DNA of 62,161 nt. Source: Candidatus Omnitrophota bacterium (GTDB taxonomy: Bacteria > Omnitrophota > Gorgyraeia > 2-02-FULL-51-18). The notes under the pieces were generated by a model. That model saw only the letters and a list, made by a program, of their open reading frames with translations. It was not told where the DNA came from and did not search any database. Shown in pieces: positions 38,775 through 47,995 of this stretch; within the stretch, counting starts at the first letter, position 1; the number at the start of each line of letters is the position of its first letter. The stretch lies in assembly GCA_016180585.1 (NCBI GenBank), contig JACPAX010000014.1, positions 1 through 62,161 on the forward strand. Reading direction: 5' to 3'. The position numbers and the translations under genes were made by a program.

Positions 38775-39248
38775 GTGAAAGAGAAAAAAGAAGCGCCGCC
38801 GGTTGTCACTCACCGCCAGGCAAGGCGGGATTATCTCATCCTCGAGAGCTTCGAGGCCGGGATCGCGCTGGTGGGCTGCGAGGTGAAGTCCCTTCGGGAG
38901 GGCCAGGCCAGCCTTGCCGGGAGTTTCGCGCGGGTTGAAGGGGGAGAAGTCTTCCTGTATAATCTCTACATTCCTCCCTACACCATGGGCGGCCGAGAGA
39001 GTCCGGACCCCCGGCGCAAAAGAAAGCTTCTCCTGCACCGGTCGCAGATCCACAAACTCAAGGCCAAGACCGATGAAAAGGGTCTGGTGCTCATTCCGCT
39101 GAAGATGTATTTCAGCGACCGGGGAATCGCGAAGGTGGAGCTCGGCGTCGGCAAGGGAAAAAAGTTTCACGACAAGCGTTCGGACATCAAGAAGCTCTCC
39201 GTCCGGCGCGAGATAGACCGCGCGATCAAGAATAGAAACAGGAAGTGA
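38775..39248 (+). CDS. smpB: SsrA-binding protein
   Basis: RQARRDYLILESFEAGIALVGCEVKSLR and LLLHRSQIHKL blocks, with a GTG start at 38775. Lies directly upstream of the tmRNA. Confidence 0.92.
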   Translation: MKEKKEAPPVVTHRQARRDYLILESFEAGIALVGCEVKSLREGQASLAGSFARVEGGEVFLYNLYIPPYTMGGRESPDPRRKRKLLLHRSQIHKLKAKTDEKGLVLIPLKMYFSDRGIAKVELGVGKGKKFHDKRSDIKKLSVRREIDRAIKNRNRK

Positions 39249-39261
39249 ACGCTGACAAATT

Positions 39262-39645
39262 GGGGGCGACAGGCATCGATCCAGCCCTTGATCTGCTAGT
39301 GGCATGCGGAGGTGGTCAGGAGGCCTCCTTAAACACCTGGCACAAATCAAACGCCAAACACACGAACAATGTGCATGTGCCCTTCGCGGGGTATATGGCG
39401 TTACCGTTAGCCGCCTAAACACGGCTACCGTCCGCTCATCTCTAGTCTGCGGGATGAGGCCGGGCGTCGAATGCAGACTGGTCTTATCCGCGCGCCTTTG
39501 GCGGGTTTGACGAGAGCGACAGAAGGCTTACCCTTTAAAATTGTGTCCGCTCAAGTTTAAAAGGGGAAAACAAAAAACGGACTAAGCATGTAGAGGCTAC
39601 AGACCTCAAAGGTTGGAGACGCGGGTTCAATTCCCGCCGCCTCCA
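39262..39645 (+). ncRNA. ssrA: tmRNA (ssrA)
   Basis: 5' GGGGGCGACAGGCATCGA pairs with the 3' ...CGCCTCCA acceptor (G3:U). T arm is GCGGG-TTCAATT-CCCGC. An internal tag ORF ends ...GCC GCC TAA. Confidence 0.9.
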
Positions 39646-39682
39646 CTCCTTCGCCCGCTATAAAAAAAAGCGGGCGAAGGAG
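39646..39682 (+). terminator. 13-bp perfect hairpin directly after the tmRNA
   Basis: CTCCTTCGCCCGC-tataaaaaaaa-GCGGGCGAAGGAG. No U tract follows, so its role (termination or 3' processing) is uncertain. Confidence 0.5.
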
Positions 39683-39784
39683 TGGCCTCCGAAGCTCCTT
39701 TGGCGTGTGTGTTGGAGCGTATTTGAAATTTGAAAAATACTTAAAATCAGGATCAGGAATTGCGTTCTCCAAGAAAAGACTAAT

Positions 39785-40351
39785 ATGAAACAAAAACGCG
39801 ACAGGCTGGTCTGGCTTGACCTGGAGATGACGGGTCTGGATCCGAAGGCCTGCACGATTCTTGAGATCGGGACCGTGGTGACGGACAACCGCCTGGACAT
39901 TATCGCCGAAGGACCCGTCATCGCGATTCATCACGGCGAAAAGGTTTTGTCCTCGATGGAGGAATGGAGCCGGTATCACCATCAGAAGTCCGGGCTGACC
40001 GAGGAGTGCCGGGCGTCAAAGGTCTCGCTCAAGCAAGCCGAGGAGCGGACGCTTGCGTTTATCAAAGCTCACTGCAAAGAAAGAACGGCCCCGCTTTGCG
40101 GCAACACGATTTGGCAGGATCGGCGGTTTCTCGTGAAGTATATGCCCCGGCTCGAAGGTTATCTGCATTACCGCATGATTGACGTCAGCTCCGTGAAGGA
40201 GCTTGTCGGGCGATGGTATGCCGGCGACCACAAGATGCCCCGCGCCAAGCGCCAGACGCATCGCGTGATGAACGATATCCTCGAGTCGATCGAGGAGCTT
40301 CGACACTACCGCGAAAAGGTGTTTGTCCCCGCCGCCGCGCCAGCGTCGTGA
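39785..40351 (+). CDS. orn: Oligoribonuclease
   Basis: LVWLDLEMTGLDP, ILEIGTVVTD, GNTIWQDRRFL and HYRMIDVSS (DEDDh) blocks. Confidence 0.9.
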   Translation: MKQKRDRLVWLDLEMTGLDPKACTILEIGTVVTDNRLDIIAEGPVIAIHHGEKVLSSMEEWSRYHHQKSGLTEECRASKVSLKQAEERTLAFIKAHCKERTAPLCGNTIWQDRRFLVKYMPRLEGYLHYRMIDVSSVKELVGRWYAGDHKMPRAKRQTHRVMNDILESIEELRHYREKVFVPAAAPAS

Positions 40352-40761
40352 CGCTCTATCCCGTCTCCGAAAAAAAGGTCCTTGCGCTCAGACAAAAAAT
40401 GGAAAAGCTCGGCCTGCGCGAGTCTGATTTTGAGGAGACGTTCGTGCGATCCCCGGGCGCCGGCGGGCAGAATGTCAATAAAGTTTCAAGCTGCGTGGCG
40501 CTGAGGCACCGTCCGACGGGGCTGGAGGTCAAGTGCCGGCGCGAGCGCTCTCAGGCGCTCAACCGGTATCTTGCCAGGCGGATCCTCGTGGAGAAGATTG
40601 AGACGCTTTTTCTCGGCAAGGCCTCCGAGGAGCGCCGCCGTATCGAGAAAATCCGCCGTCAAAAAAGAAAAAGGTCGAGGCGCGCCAAGGAAAAGATGCT
40701 GGAGGAAAAGCATCGCCGCTCGGAGAAAAAGATCTGGCGCGGCAAGGTGAGAGAGGATTGA
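40348..40761 (+). CDS. GGQ-domain peptidyl-tRNA hydrolase (ArfB-like / RF-1 domain protein)
   Basis: GAGGQNVNKVSS motif, ERSQALNR and a strongly basic C-tail. GTG 40348 overlaps the orn stop (GTGA). Confidence 0.78.
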   Translation: MTLYPVSEKKVLALRQKMEKLGLRESDFEETFVRSPGAGGQNVNKVSSCVALRHRPTGLEVKCRRERSQALNRYLARRILVEKIETLFLGKASEERRRIEKIRRQKRKRSRRAKEKMLEEKHRRSEKKIWRGKVRED

Positions 40762-40884
40762 CAGTCTGCTGAAAAAGCATCAGATGCAAGGTGCCTAGGA
40801 AGCGAGCGCGGAGGCGCTATGGGAATAGCGCCGCACAAGCGAGCGACCGAGCAACGCAGCAGGTGAGGCTTTTTCAGCAGACTG
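40762..40884 (-). repeat. ~122-bp nested-palindrome element, inverted copy
   Basis: The reverse complement aligns with the other copies, including the central GGCGCTATTCCCATAGCGCC. It fills the gap between two convergent stop codons exactly. Confidence 0.9.
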
Positions 40885-41802
40885 TTACTGATTTCCGGGG
40901 GAGTCCGACTTGAGCTCCGCGATCAGGCGCATTCCTTCGAGGGCCCGTTCGTTTTTCGGATTGATCGCCAGCGCGTCCCGGTAGGCCTCTTGGGCCTTCA
41001 GCACGTCCCCGATGATGAGATAGGCGTATCCCAGATTGCCGTGGGCCCTGTCATCGTCGGGATTTCGAAACACGATGTTTTGATAAAATGGCGTGATCTC
41101 CTCGGCGTTTTGAGGGTCGATGTGGACGGCGTTTTGGAAGGCCTGCTCCGCCTTTTCGTACCGGCCGCTTAAAAGATAGCAGTGCCCCATGATCACATAG
41201 GCCTGGTCGTCATCGGGGTTCGAGAGCACGAGGTCCTCGTAGATCTTGACGGCCTTGTCGAGTTTCTGCTCGGCGACCAGCCGGAGGGCCCGCTCGTGCA
41301 TCCGGTCCGGGGTCTCCGCGACCGGGGGCGGGAGCGGCGGTTGTTTCGGGGCGGGCCGATCGACGGAAATCGGCGCGGGAGAGGGCGAAGGCGCCGCAAG
41401 AGCCGTGGCGATGGCCGGCGGAGAAACCCGCCGTGGCGGTGGCGCTATCCGTCTTTTGGCGACCTGTTCGACCGTTGTCTTCAGAAGCAGGTCTTTGATG
41501 AATTCCTGCGCCTCTTCCCGCGCCGTGAGCGCCGCCCGGAGCTTTTTGGATTCTTCGCTGAGCGCTTTGATTTTGTAGCGGGAGTTTTCCAATTGCCGGG
41601 CAAGGGCGTCGGTCATCCGGGCCGCCGAGTCCTGTTTGAGTTTCATGAGCTCGAGCTCGTATTCGGCCAGAAGCGAGCGGTTGATCGCCAGAGTTTTGAG
41701 GAGCGCCTCGTTGGGGGAGGGGCCTTCTTCCGCGACCCACGCAGGGCCGTTTACAAGGGCTCCCAGACATGAGAAAATAAGGATGGCCAACAATTTTTTC
41801 AT
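40885..41802 (-). CDS. Secreted TPR-repeat protein
   Basis: Signal peptide, coiled-coil, Pro-rich linker, then TPR units (AYVIMGHCYLLSGRYEKAEQAF; HGNLGYAYLIIGDVLKAQEAY). Confidence 0.7.
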   Translation of the reverse strand: MKKLLAILIFSCLGALVNGPAWVAEEGPSPNEALLKTLAINRSLLAEYELELMKLKQDSAARMTDALARQLENSRYKIKALSEESKKLRAALTAREEAQEFIKDLLLKTTVEQVAKRRIAPPPRRVSPPAIATALAAPSPSPAPISVDRPAPKQPPLPPPVAETPDRMHERALRLVAEQKLDKAVKIYEDLVLSNPDDDQAYVIMGHCYLLSGRYEKAEQAFQNAVHIDPQNAEEITPFYQNIVFRNPDDDRAHGNLGYAYLIIGDVLKAQEAYRDALAINPKNERALEGMRLIAELKSDSPGNQ

Positions 41803-41848
41803 GGCCTTATTTTAACCAAACAGAGACCGGGAGGGTAGCGTTTCTTTC

Positions 41849-42076
41849 ATGATGACGCCCGATGAAGTCAGACAAATGATCGCGGCCGGCCTTCCGGATG
41901 CCCGGGTCGAGGTCCGAGACATGACGGGGACCGGCGACCACTTTGAGATCACGGTGAGCTCGGCCGGGTTCAAAGGCAAGACGCTTGTCGAGCAGCACCG
42001 GATGGTTTTCTCGCTTCTCGGCGATGAAATGGACCGCCGGATTCACGCCGTGCAGCTCAAGACCAAACCACTTTAG
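41849..42076 (+). CDS. BolA family protein
   Basis: 75 aa; VRDMTGTGDHFEITVSSAGFKGKTLVEQHRMV...IHAVQLKT matches the BolA pattern. Confidence 0.85.
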   Translation: MMTPDEVRQMIAAGLPDARVEVRDMTGTGDHFEITVSSAGFKGKTLVEQHRMVFSLLGDEMDRRIHAVQLKTKPL

Positions 42077-42094
42077 GAAAAAGAGGAGACCCCG

Positions 42095-42409
42095 ATGGAA
42101 AACCCGACGACGGAGCGGATCGAAAAGGAAATCAAGTCGCACAAGGTCGTGCTGTTTGTGAAGGGCACCCCGGAGGCGCCTCAGTGCGGGTTCTCGGCGT
42201 CGACGATGGAGCTTTTCAGAAAGCTCGACGTCCCTTTTCACACGGTCGACGTGATCGCCAACCCCGACATCCGAAGGACGCTTCCGCAGATCTCCAACTG
42301 GCCGACGTTTCCGCAGGTATTCATCGACGGCAAGCTGGTCGGCGGTTGCGATCTGGTGCACGAGATGCACGAGAACGGCCAGCTCCGGGAGCTCCTAAGA
42401 TCTGCCTGA
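42095..42409 (+). CDS. grxD: Monothiol glutaredoxin (Grx4 family)
   Basis: VVLFVKGTPEAPQCGFS active site and WPTFPQVFIDGKLVGGCD. Confidence 0.92.
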   Translation: MENPTTERIEKEIKSHKVVLFVKGTPEAPQCGFSASTMELFRKLDVPFHTVDVIANPDIRRTLPQISNWPTFPQVFIDGKLVGGCDLVHEMHENGQLRELLRSA

Positions 42410-42423
42410 GGGGGCTTCGCGCC

Positions 42424-44394
42424 TTACCTGTTTCTCAACTGGCGTTCGGCGTCGACGAGGTCGCGGTTGATTTTCTGCGCCGCGCCGGCGGCGGTCTGCC
42501 TCAGCCGGTCGGGGACCTGCGGCGCTTGTTTGAGCTGCCTTAGAAGCTGCACCACCATCCGGAAATAACGGATGATCTCGCCCTCGTCGGCGCCGGTATG
42601 CCGCCCGAGATCGCCGAACGCGCATCCGCCGATCCAGGCCTCCATTGCGCGCGCCAGGTGAAAGTACGCAGGCTTGGTCGGGGGATAGATCTTATGGCCG
42701 GCCTCTTTGGCCTGGATGATCCGGAGGGTCTTGGAGGCCTTTCTCTCAATCCAAACCAGGTGAGACGGCAGCTCTTTGGCGAGCTCGTTTCGCCGCGGCT
42801 CAAACACCAGCGCCGACAAAAGGACGGAAAGGGAAGTCCCGTTCAGCGAGTTCAGCGTTCTGTCCTCGAACATCTCGGAGAGAAGCAGCTCATACCCGTA
42901 CATCCAGGAGGCGAATTCGCCCTTGGCCGTGAGGCCTTGCTCGCCGAGATATCCCAGCTCTTTTAGGAGATTCAGCTTTTTCTCGATCGCCCAGGCCCCT
43001 TTTTCGCGCCCTTTTTTGTTGGACTGAAAGTAATGGAAGGACCTCGGGTAGATCTCCATGAGTTTTGAGCCGAACTGCGCGTAGAGATTCAGAAGCGTCG
43101 CGTAGCAGGAGTTGAACTGGCTCTCGATCGGTTCGGGGCTGCCGTGAATCATCCGCTGGACGGTCGGATAAGAGACCTGATGGGGATTGACCCGGCAGTA
43201 CACGTACCCCTCTTTGTCCATCCCGCGTCGTCCCGCGCGGCCGGCCATCTGGAAATAATCCCGCGTTCTCAGGAATGCGAAATGCGTCCCGTAAAATTTC
43301 CGCAGCTCGTCGAAGACGACCGTCTTGGCAGGCATGTTGATTCCCAATGCGAAGGTCTCGGTCGTAAAAATGAGCTTGATGAGCTTGGAGGTAAAAAGTT
43401 GCTCGATCACCTCCTTTAGAGTGGGCAGCATCCCCGCGTGGTGAAACGCGATCCCGCGCAGCACAAGCCTTTTCATCTCGACCGCGGCGGACTCGTGGGC
43501 CAGGTCAAAGCGCCTGCAGAGGTTCGTGTAAAGCGTCGCGACTTGGTTTTTCTCCTCCGGGGCCAAGAGATCGAATTTTTCCTGTTCCCACGCCAGCTCT
43601 TCCGCGCGTTTGCGGCCGAACGCGAAATAAATGCAGGGCAGACGTTTTTCGGCGACGAGGTGCCGGACGAGATCGTCCGTGCGGTTCGGTTTGGCCCGAA
43701 GGAAGCGGCCGTAGGACTGCCTTGAGAAACGTTCGCGGCGTCCGCGGTGAAAACGGTTGTCGCCGGAGGGCCAGTGCTCGCGGTCCAGGTAGCCGTCTTT
43801 TTTGAGAAGCCGCATGTCGGCCAGGACGTTTCCCTGGCATTGAAACAAGTGGACAAGCGGCACGGGACGGTGGGTCTCGATGATGACCTCGATCGGGTGG
43901 TCCAGGATCCCGCGTATCCACTGGGCGAGCTCCTCGATATTGGGGGCCGTAGCCGAGAGCGCGAGGAACCGCACATGCGCCGGCGAAAACATGATGGCCT
44001 CCTCCCACACGGTGCCGCGCTCGATGTCGTCCAGGTAGTGGACTTCGTCAAAGATCACCCAGGAGGTGTTTTTGAGGCGCGCGGGGTCCTCAAAGAGCTG
44101 GTTCCGGTAGATCTCGGTGGTCATGATGACGACGGGGGCATGGGGGTTGAGGCTCACGTCCCCGGTCAGAAGTCCCACCTGCCCGGGGTAACGCGCCGAA
44201 AAGTCCCGGTATTTCTGATTGCTGAGCGCCTTGATCGGGGCGGTGTAGATCACGCGCTCCTGCCGCGAAAGCGCTTTGTCGATCGCGTACTCGGCGATCG
44301 CGGTCTTGCCGGATCCGGTGGGCGCCGAGACGAGCACGGATTTTTCAAGGTCAATCGCCTCGATGGATTTTTTTTGAAAAGGGTCGTATTCCAT
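42424..44394 (-). CDS. Ski2-like DEAD/DEAH box (superfamily 2) helicase
   Basis: SAPTGSGKTAIAEY (motif I), FDEVHYL (motif II), SAT, and HHAGMLP...TETFALGINMPA. ATG 44394 chosen; the upstream part of the ORF looks like noncoding read-through. Confidence 0.85.
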   Translation of the reverse strand: MEYDPFQKKSIEAIDLEKSVLVSAPTGSGKTAIAEYAIDKALSRQERVIYTAPIKALSNQKYRDFSARYPGQVGLLTGDVSLNPHAPVVIMTTEIYRNQLFEDPARLKNTSWVIFDEVHYLDDIERGTVWEEAIMFSPAHVRFLALSATAPNIEELAQWIRGILDHPIEVIIETHRPVPLVHLFQCQGNVLADMRLLKKDGYLDREHWPSGDNRFHRGRRERFSRQSYGRFLRAKPNRTDDLVRHLVAEKRLPCIYFAFGRKRAEELAWEQEKFDLLAPEEKNQVATLYTNLCRRFDLAHESAAVEMKRLVLRGIAFHHAGMLPTLKEVIEQLFTSKLIKLIFTTETFALGINMPAKTVVFDELRKFYGTHFAFLRTRDYFQMAGRAGRRGMDKEGYVYCRVNPHQVSYPTVQRMIHGSPEPIESQFNSCYATLLNLYAQFGSKLMEIYPRSFHYFQSNKKGREKGAWAIEKKLNLLKELGYLGEQGLTAKGEFASWMYGYELLLSEMFEDRTLNSLNGTSLSVLLSALVFEPRRNELAKELPSHLVWIERKASKTLRIIQAKEAGHKIYPPTKPAYFHLARAMEAWIGGCAFGDLGRHTGADEGEIIRYFRMVVQLLRQLKQAPQVPDRLRQTAAGAAQKINRDLVDAERQLRNR

Positions 44395-44455
44395 CGGGGT
44401 ATTATACCCCACGCCATTTGTCATGGAAGCGGAAAATGTGGTATAAAAGCCCATC

Positions 44456-45472
44456 ATGAGGCGCTTTTGGGGTTTGGCGACGACAGGTTTTGCGGCGTCG
44501 CTTGTGGTGGTTTTCGCGACGACGGCCTTTCCCCGGGAGAGCGCCCAGGGCCCGTATTTTTCTCTCCGGCAACTTGCGACGGACCGGGGCCTGGATTTCG
44601 TCTGGGACCCCGTCGCGCGCAACGCCACGCTCTCGGGCCCGCTGGGTTTCGCGCGTTTTCATGCCGGGAGCGAATATTTTTTAAGTGAAGGGAGACTTCA
44701 ACGGCTTCCGGAAAAGGTCCTTTTCTCAGGGGGGGAGGTGCTCGCTCCGCGGGAGGCCTTGACGACGCTCAAGGGTCTGTCAAAACCTCTGCGCGTGATG
44801 ATTGACCCGGGGCATGGCGGTCGGGACTTTGGCGCCATCACCGGCGCGTCGCGCGAAAAAGAAATTACGCTCCAGGTTGCGCGGGACCTGGCCTCGGAAC
44901 TCAAAGCCAACGGCGTGCGGGTGCGGCTCACGCGCAATTCCGACAGCGCCCTCACGCTCGCCGACCGGGTCTCGCTCGTCAACCGGAGCAGGCCGGACCT
45001 CTTCGTCAGCGTCCACGCCAACGCCTCGGCCACGCGATCGCTCGAGGGTTTTGAGGTTTATTATTTGTCCCCCGAAACGGATGATTATCTTTTGGCTGAC
45101 GGCCGCGCCGACAAACCAATCCCCGGCGAGGAGGCCTTTCTGTGGTCCGGCGCTTCCCGCCAGACGCGGGCCATTTATTGGGACCTGCGGCAGGCGGACA
45201 ACCGCCGCCAATCCCTCCGTTTGGCCAAGGAGGTGGTGGAGAGTGTGCGCCAGGCGATCGGGAGCGGCTCTCCCTTCCGGATCCGCGGCGCGCGGTTCTA
45301 TGTGCTCAAGTGGACCGAGTGTCCGGCAGTGCTCGTCGAGATCGGCTACCTCACCAATCGCCGGGAGGAGAAAAAGCTCAAGCACTCCGTTTACCGGAAA
45401 AAATTAATTAAGGCCGTCGCCGAAGGTTTGATAAACTATGCTTATGAAAGAAAAACCGATCGGAATTTTTGA
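44456..45472 (+). CDS. N-acetylmuramoyl-L-alanine amidase (Amidase_3)
   Basis: VMIDPGHGGRDFGA, LFVSVHANA and VLVEIGYLTN blocks, with a signal peptide. Confidence 0.88.
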   Translation: MRRFWGLATTGFAASLVVVFATTAFPRESAQGPYFSLRQLATDRGLDFVWDPVARNATLSGPLGFARFHAGSEYFLSEGRLQRLPEKVLFSGGEVLAPREALTTLKGLSKPLRVMIDPGHGGRDFGAITGASREKEITLQVARDLASELKANGVRVRLTRNSDSALTLADRVSLVNRSRPDLFVSVHANASATRSLEGFEVYYLSPETDDYLLADGRADKPIPGEEAFLWSGASRQTRAIYWDLRQADNRRQSLRLAKEVVESVRQAIGSGSPFRIRGARFYVLKWTECPAVLVEIGYLTNRREEKKLKHSVYRKKLIKAVAEGLINYAYERKTDRNF

Positions 45473-46295
45473 CTCGGGGATCGGGGGCCTGACGGTGCTT
45501 CGCCAGGTGCGCCGGGAAGTCCCGAAGGAAGACATCGTCTATTTCGGCGATACCGCGCACGTCCCCTATGGGACGAAGTCCAAAGAGACCATCACAAAGT
45601 TTTCCGTCGAAAATGTGAAGTTCTTGCAGACCTTTGAGGTGAAGGCCGTGGTTGTCGCCTGCAATACGGCCTCCTCGCTCAGTTTGGACGCCCTCAAGGC
45701 GATGTTTTCGATCCCCATCATCGGCGTGATTGAGCCGGGCGCCAAGCGCGCGCTCGAGACGACCAAAAACGGTCGCGTTGGCGTGATCGGGACCAAGGCG
45801 ACGATCCACAGCGGCTCCTACGAGGCCTGCTTGAAACAGCTCGACCCGTCGGTGAAGGTGTTCAGCGGCGCCTGCCCGCTCTTTGTGCCGTTGGTGGAGG
45901 AGGGATGGCTCGATGGCCCCGTGGTCTCGAAGGTCGCCCATGTGTACCTGGACCAGCTCAAGTCTTTTAAGATTGATACCCTGATCCTGGGGTGCACGCA
46001 TTACCCGCTTCTGGCCGAGACCATCCAGAAAACCATCGGCCCGAGGGTCAGGCTTGTCAACTCGGCGGAGGAGACCGCCCGGCAAACCCGCGTGATGCTC
46101 GACAGGCTGGGTCTCTCGGACCGCCGAAAAGACCAGCAGGTAGAGCTTCAAAAAATGCGCCGCCGAAAAGACCAGCAGTCCACCACCTTTTATGTCTCCG
46201 ACGAACCCGAGCAGTTTCGCATGCTTGGGGAACGGTTTTTGGGGCAATCCATCCAGTCCGTCGCGAAAGTGGGGGACTGCTTCTCGTATGTATGA
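45438..46295 (+). CDS. murI: Glutamate racemase
   Basis: IGIFDSGIGGLTVL, VVACNTAS and LGCTHYPLL catalytic blocks. An in-frame duplicated segment lies near the C-terminus. Confidence 0.92.
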   Translation: MLMKEKPIGIFDSGIGGLTVLRQVRREVPKEDIVYFGDTAHVPYGTKSKETITKFSVENVKFLQTFEVKAVVVACNTASSLSLDALKAMFSIPIIGVIEPGAKRALETTKNGRVGVIGTKATIHSGSYEACLKQLDPSVKVFSGACPLFVPLVEEGWLDGPVVSKVAHVYLDQLKSFKIDTLILGCTHYPLLAETIQKTIGPRVRLVNSAEETARQTRVMLDRLGLSDRRKDQQVELQKMRRRKDQQSTTFYVSDEPEQFRMLGERFLGQSIQSVAKVGDCFSYV

Positions 46296-46337
46296 AGTCA
46301 TCGTTACGAGAGAATTCCTATAAGTCAGGACCAGACA

Positions 46338-46718
46338 ATGTATGAGATTAGCATCGAGGATGAATTTTCTGCGGCACATTTTTTGAAGCTCTACGACGGA
46401 AGCTGGGAGCGCCGGCACGGGCACAACTGGAAGGTCTCCGTGGTTGTCCGGTCCGACACGCTTGATTCGATGGAGGTGGTGGTGGATTTCGAGGCCCTGA
46501 AGCCGAATTTGAAAAAAGTCCTCTCCGAGTTCGCGCACATCTGCTTCAACGATCACCCGGAATTCAAAGGCGGCAGGAAAAACCCGTCCACGGAAAACAT
46601 CGCCAAGCTGATTCACGATCGGCTGAAGGTAAACTTTAAATCCAAAACCGCGCGGCTCGTCAAGGTCACCGTCTGCGAGACCCCCGACGCCTGTGCAAGC
46701 TATTATCCGAACCGGTGA
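46338..46718 (+). CDS. queD: 6-carboxy-5,6,7,8-tetrahydropterin synthase
   Basis: FSAAHFL...HGHNWKV and CETP blocks of the PTPS/QueD family. Confidence 0.9.
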   Translation: MYEISIEDEFSAAHFLKLYDGSWERRHGHNWKVSVVVRSDTLDSMEVVVDFEALKPNLKKVLSEFAHICFNDHPEFKGGRKNPSTENIAKLIHDRLKVNFKSKTARLVKVTVCETPDACASYYPNR

Positions 46719-46839
46719 GCTTATTCGCGGGTCTTGTTTCGCTCTCCATCACGGGATTTTTGTAGGCGACGAGATTTAGGCGGACTGAAGTCCGCCCTAC
46801 GTTAGTGGCGTTTGTCTGTTAGCGGGGAAGGGGGTCCGG

Positions 46840-47562
46840 TTGAAATTATCGGATAAAAATCTTGAGACGGAGGTCAGTGAAGTTTTTTCTTCGCTGCAGG
46901 GGGAGGGGCCGTATCTCGGCGTGAAGCAGATTTTCGTGCGTTTCGGCCGCTGCAACATGCGCTGCGGCTACTGCGACGAGATCGAGAAGATGAAGGAGGA
47001 GAGCTTCTCGGTTTATCCCCTGGAAAAACTTATCGGCGAAGTGGACCGGCTTGAGGCGGAGAAGGGCCCGCACCATTCGGTCTCGCTCACCGGCGGCGAG
47101 CCGCTCTTTTATGCGTGTTTTCTGGGAAATTTCCTGCCGAGGCTCAAGGAAAAAGGGCTCTCGGCGTATCTCGAGACCAACGGGACGCTCCCGCGCGAGC
47201 TGGCGCAGGTGATCAAGTGGTGCGACGTGATCGCGATGGACATGAAGCCCGCCTCGAGCGCCGGAGACCGCGCGTTTCTGAAGGAGCACGAGGCCTTTCT
47301 CAAAGTCGCGATCCAAAAAGAGCTCTTCGTGAAGGTCGTGATCACGCCGGACACCTTGGCCCGGGAGATAGGGGAGTGCGTGGACCTTGTGGCGGCCGTG
47401 AACCCCAAAATCCCCTTTATCTTCCAGCCGCTCAGCGAGCCCTTCGGCATCAACGGCCGGTCCCTCGCGCTGATCGAAAAAGAGCTTTTCGCCATCGCCA
47501 GCCAAAAACTCCTCGACGTCCGCGTCATCCCCCAGATGCACAAAATCTGGGGTGTACGGTAA
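46840..47562 (+). CDS. queE: 7-carboxy-7-deazaguanine synthase (radical SAM)
   Basis: EVFSSLQGEGPYLGVKQIFVRFGRCNMRCGYCD and SLTGGEPL. TTG start; adjacent to queD. Confidence 0.88.
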   Translation: MKLSDKNLETEVSEVFSSLQGEGPYLGVKQIFVRFGRCNMRCGYCDEIEKMKEESFSVYPLEKLIGEVDRLEAEKGPHHSVSLTGGEPLFYACFLGNFLPRLKEKGLSAYLETNGTLPRELAQVIKWCDVIAMDMKPASSAGDRAFLKEHEAFLKVAIQKELFVKVVITPDTLAREIGECVDLVAAVNPKIPFIFQPLSEPFGINGRSLALIEKELFAIASQKLLDVRVIPQMHKIWGVR

Positions 47563-47620
47563 GCTAAGTCGTTTGTTTTCAATAGGCAAGCCCTCCTTGA
47601 AAGTGTCGAAAAACAGCTTC

Positions 47621-47641
47621 GGATACAACTGGGATACAGTC
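47621..47641 (+). repeat. Direct repeat, left copy (putative attL core)
   Basis: GGATACAACTGGGATACAGTC. It contains GGATACA twice and matches 59484-59504 at 20 of 21 positions. Confidence 0.6.
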
Positions 47642-47755
47642 CAAAACACTCTAGCCATTTTTCCGAACCCGTAAAGCTTATATATAATCCCTAAGATTTT
47701 CGTGCCAAGGGCTTGCTCTTGTCCTCTAGGTACTGTCGGCAACAAGGAGGTGCCG

Positions 47756-47995
47756 ATGAAATATCCAATTATCGTTATTGGGAATGTTCGATATGCGCCG
47801 TATGCGCTAATGGAGATAAGGGGAGACGCGGTCGTATCATTCAAACCACTCAACAGACTGAATGAACCGCAAGAACAGTCAATAAAACATTGGTTTAAAA
47901 AGCTGATAGCGTGTGTGAAAGGTAGTGTGCCTAAGAGGAGGACATTACCATGTCACGAAAGCACTTTAGAGCACTTGCGGAACAGATTGCGTTAA
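47756..47995 (+). CDS. Hypothetical protein (79 aa)
   Basis: ATG preceded by AAGGAGG at good spacing. I recognise no family. Overlaps the next small gene. Confidence 0.4.
   Translation: MKYPIIVIGNVRYAPYALMEIRGDAVVSFKPLNRLNEPQEQSIKHWFKKLIACVKGSVPKRRTLPCHESTLEHLRNRLR

Noticed and set aside
39262-39645. tmRNA gene as the integration site of the island
   Set aside because: The island lies ~8 kb away with housekeeping genes between. I found no copy of the tmRNA 3' end (GGGTTCAATTCCCGCCGCCTCCA) near 47.6 or 59.5 kb. The direct repeats found there are unrelated to ssrA.
46719-46839. preQ1 riboswitch between queD and queE
   Set aside because: It contains a small hairpin (GGCGGAC-tgaa-GTCCGCC), but nothing resembles the compact preQ1 aptamer consensus as I remember it. 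An Rfam scan would settle this.
46846-47853. 335-aa minus-strand ORF spanning queE and the island border
   Set aside because: It is antisense to queE for most of its length and crosses a compositional boundary. It has no SD or recognisable motifs.
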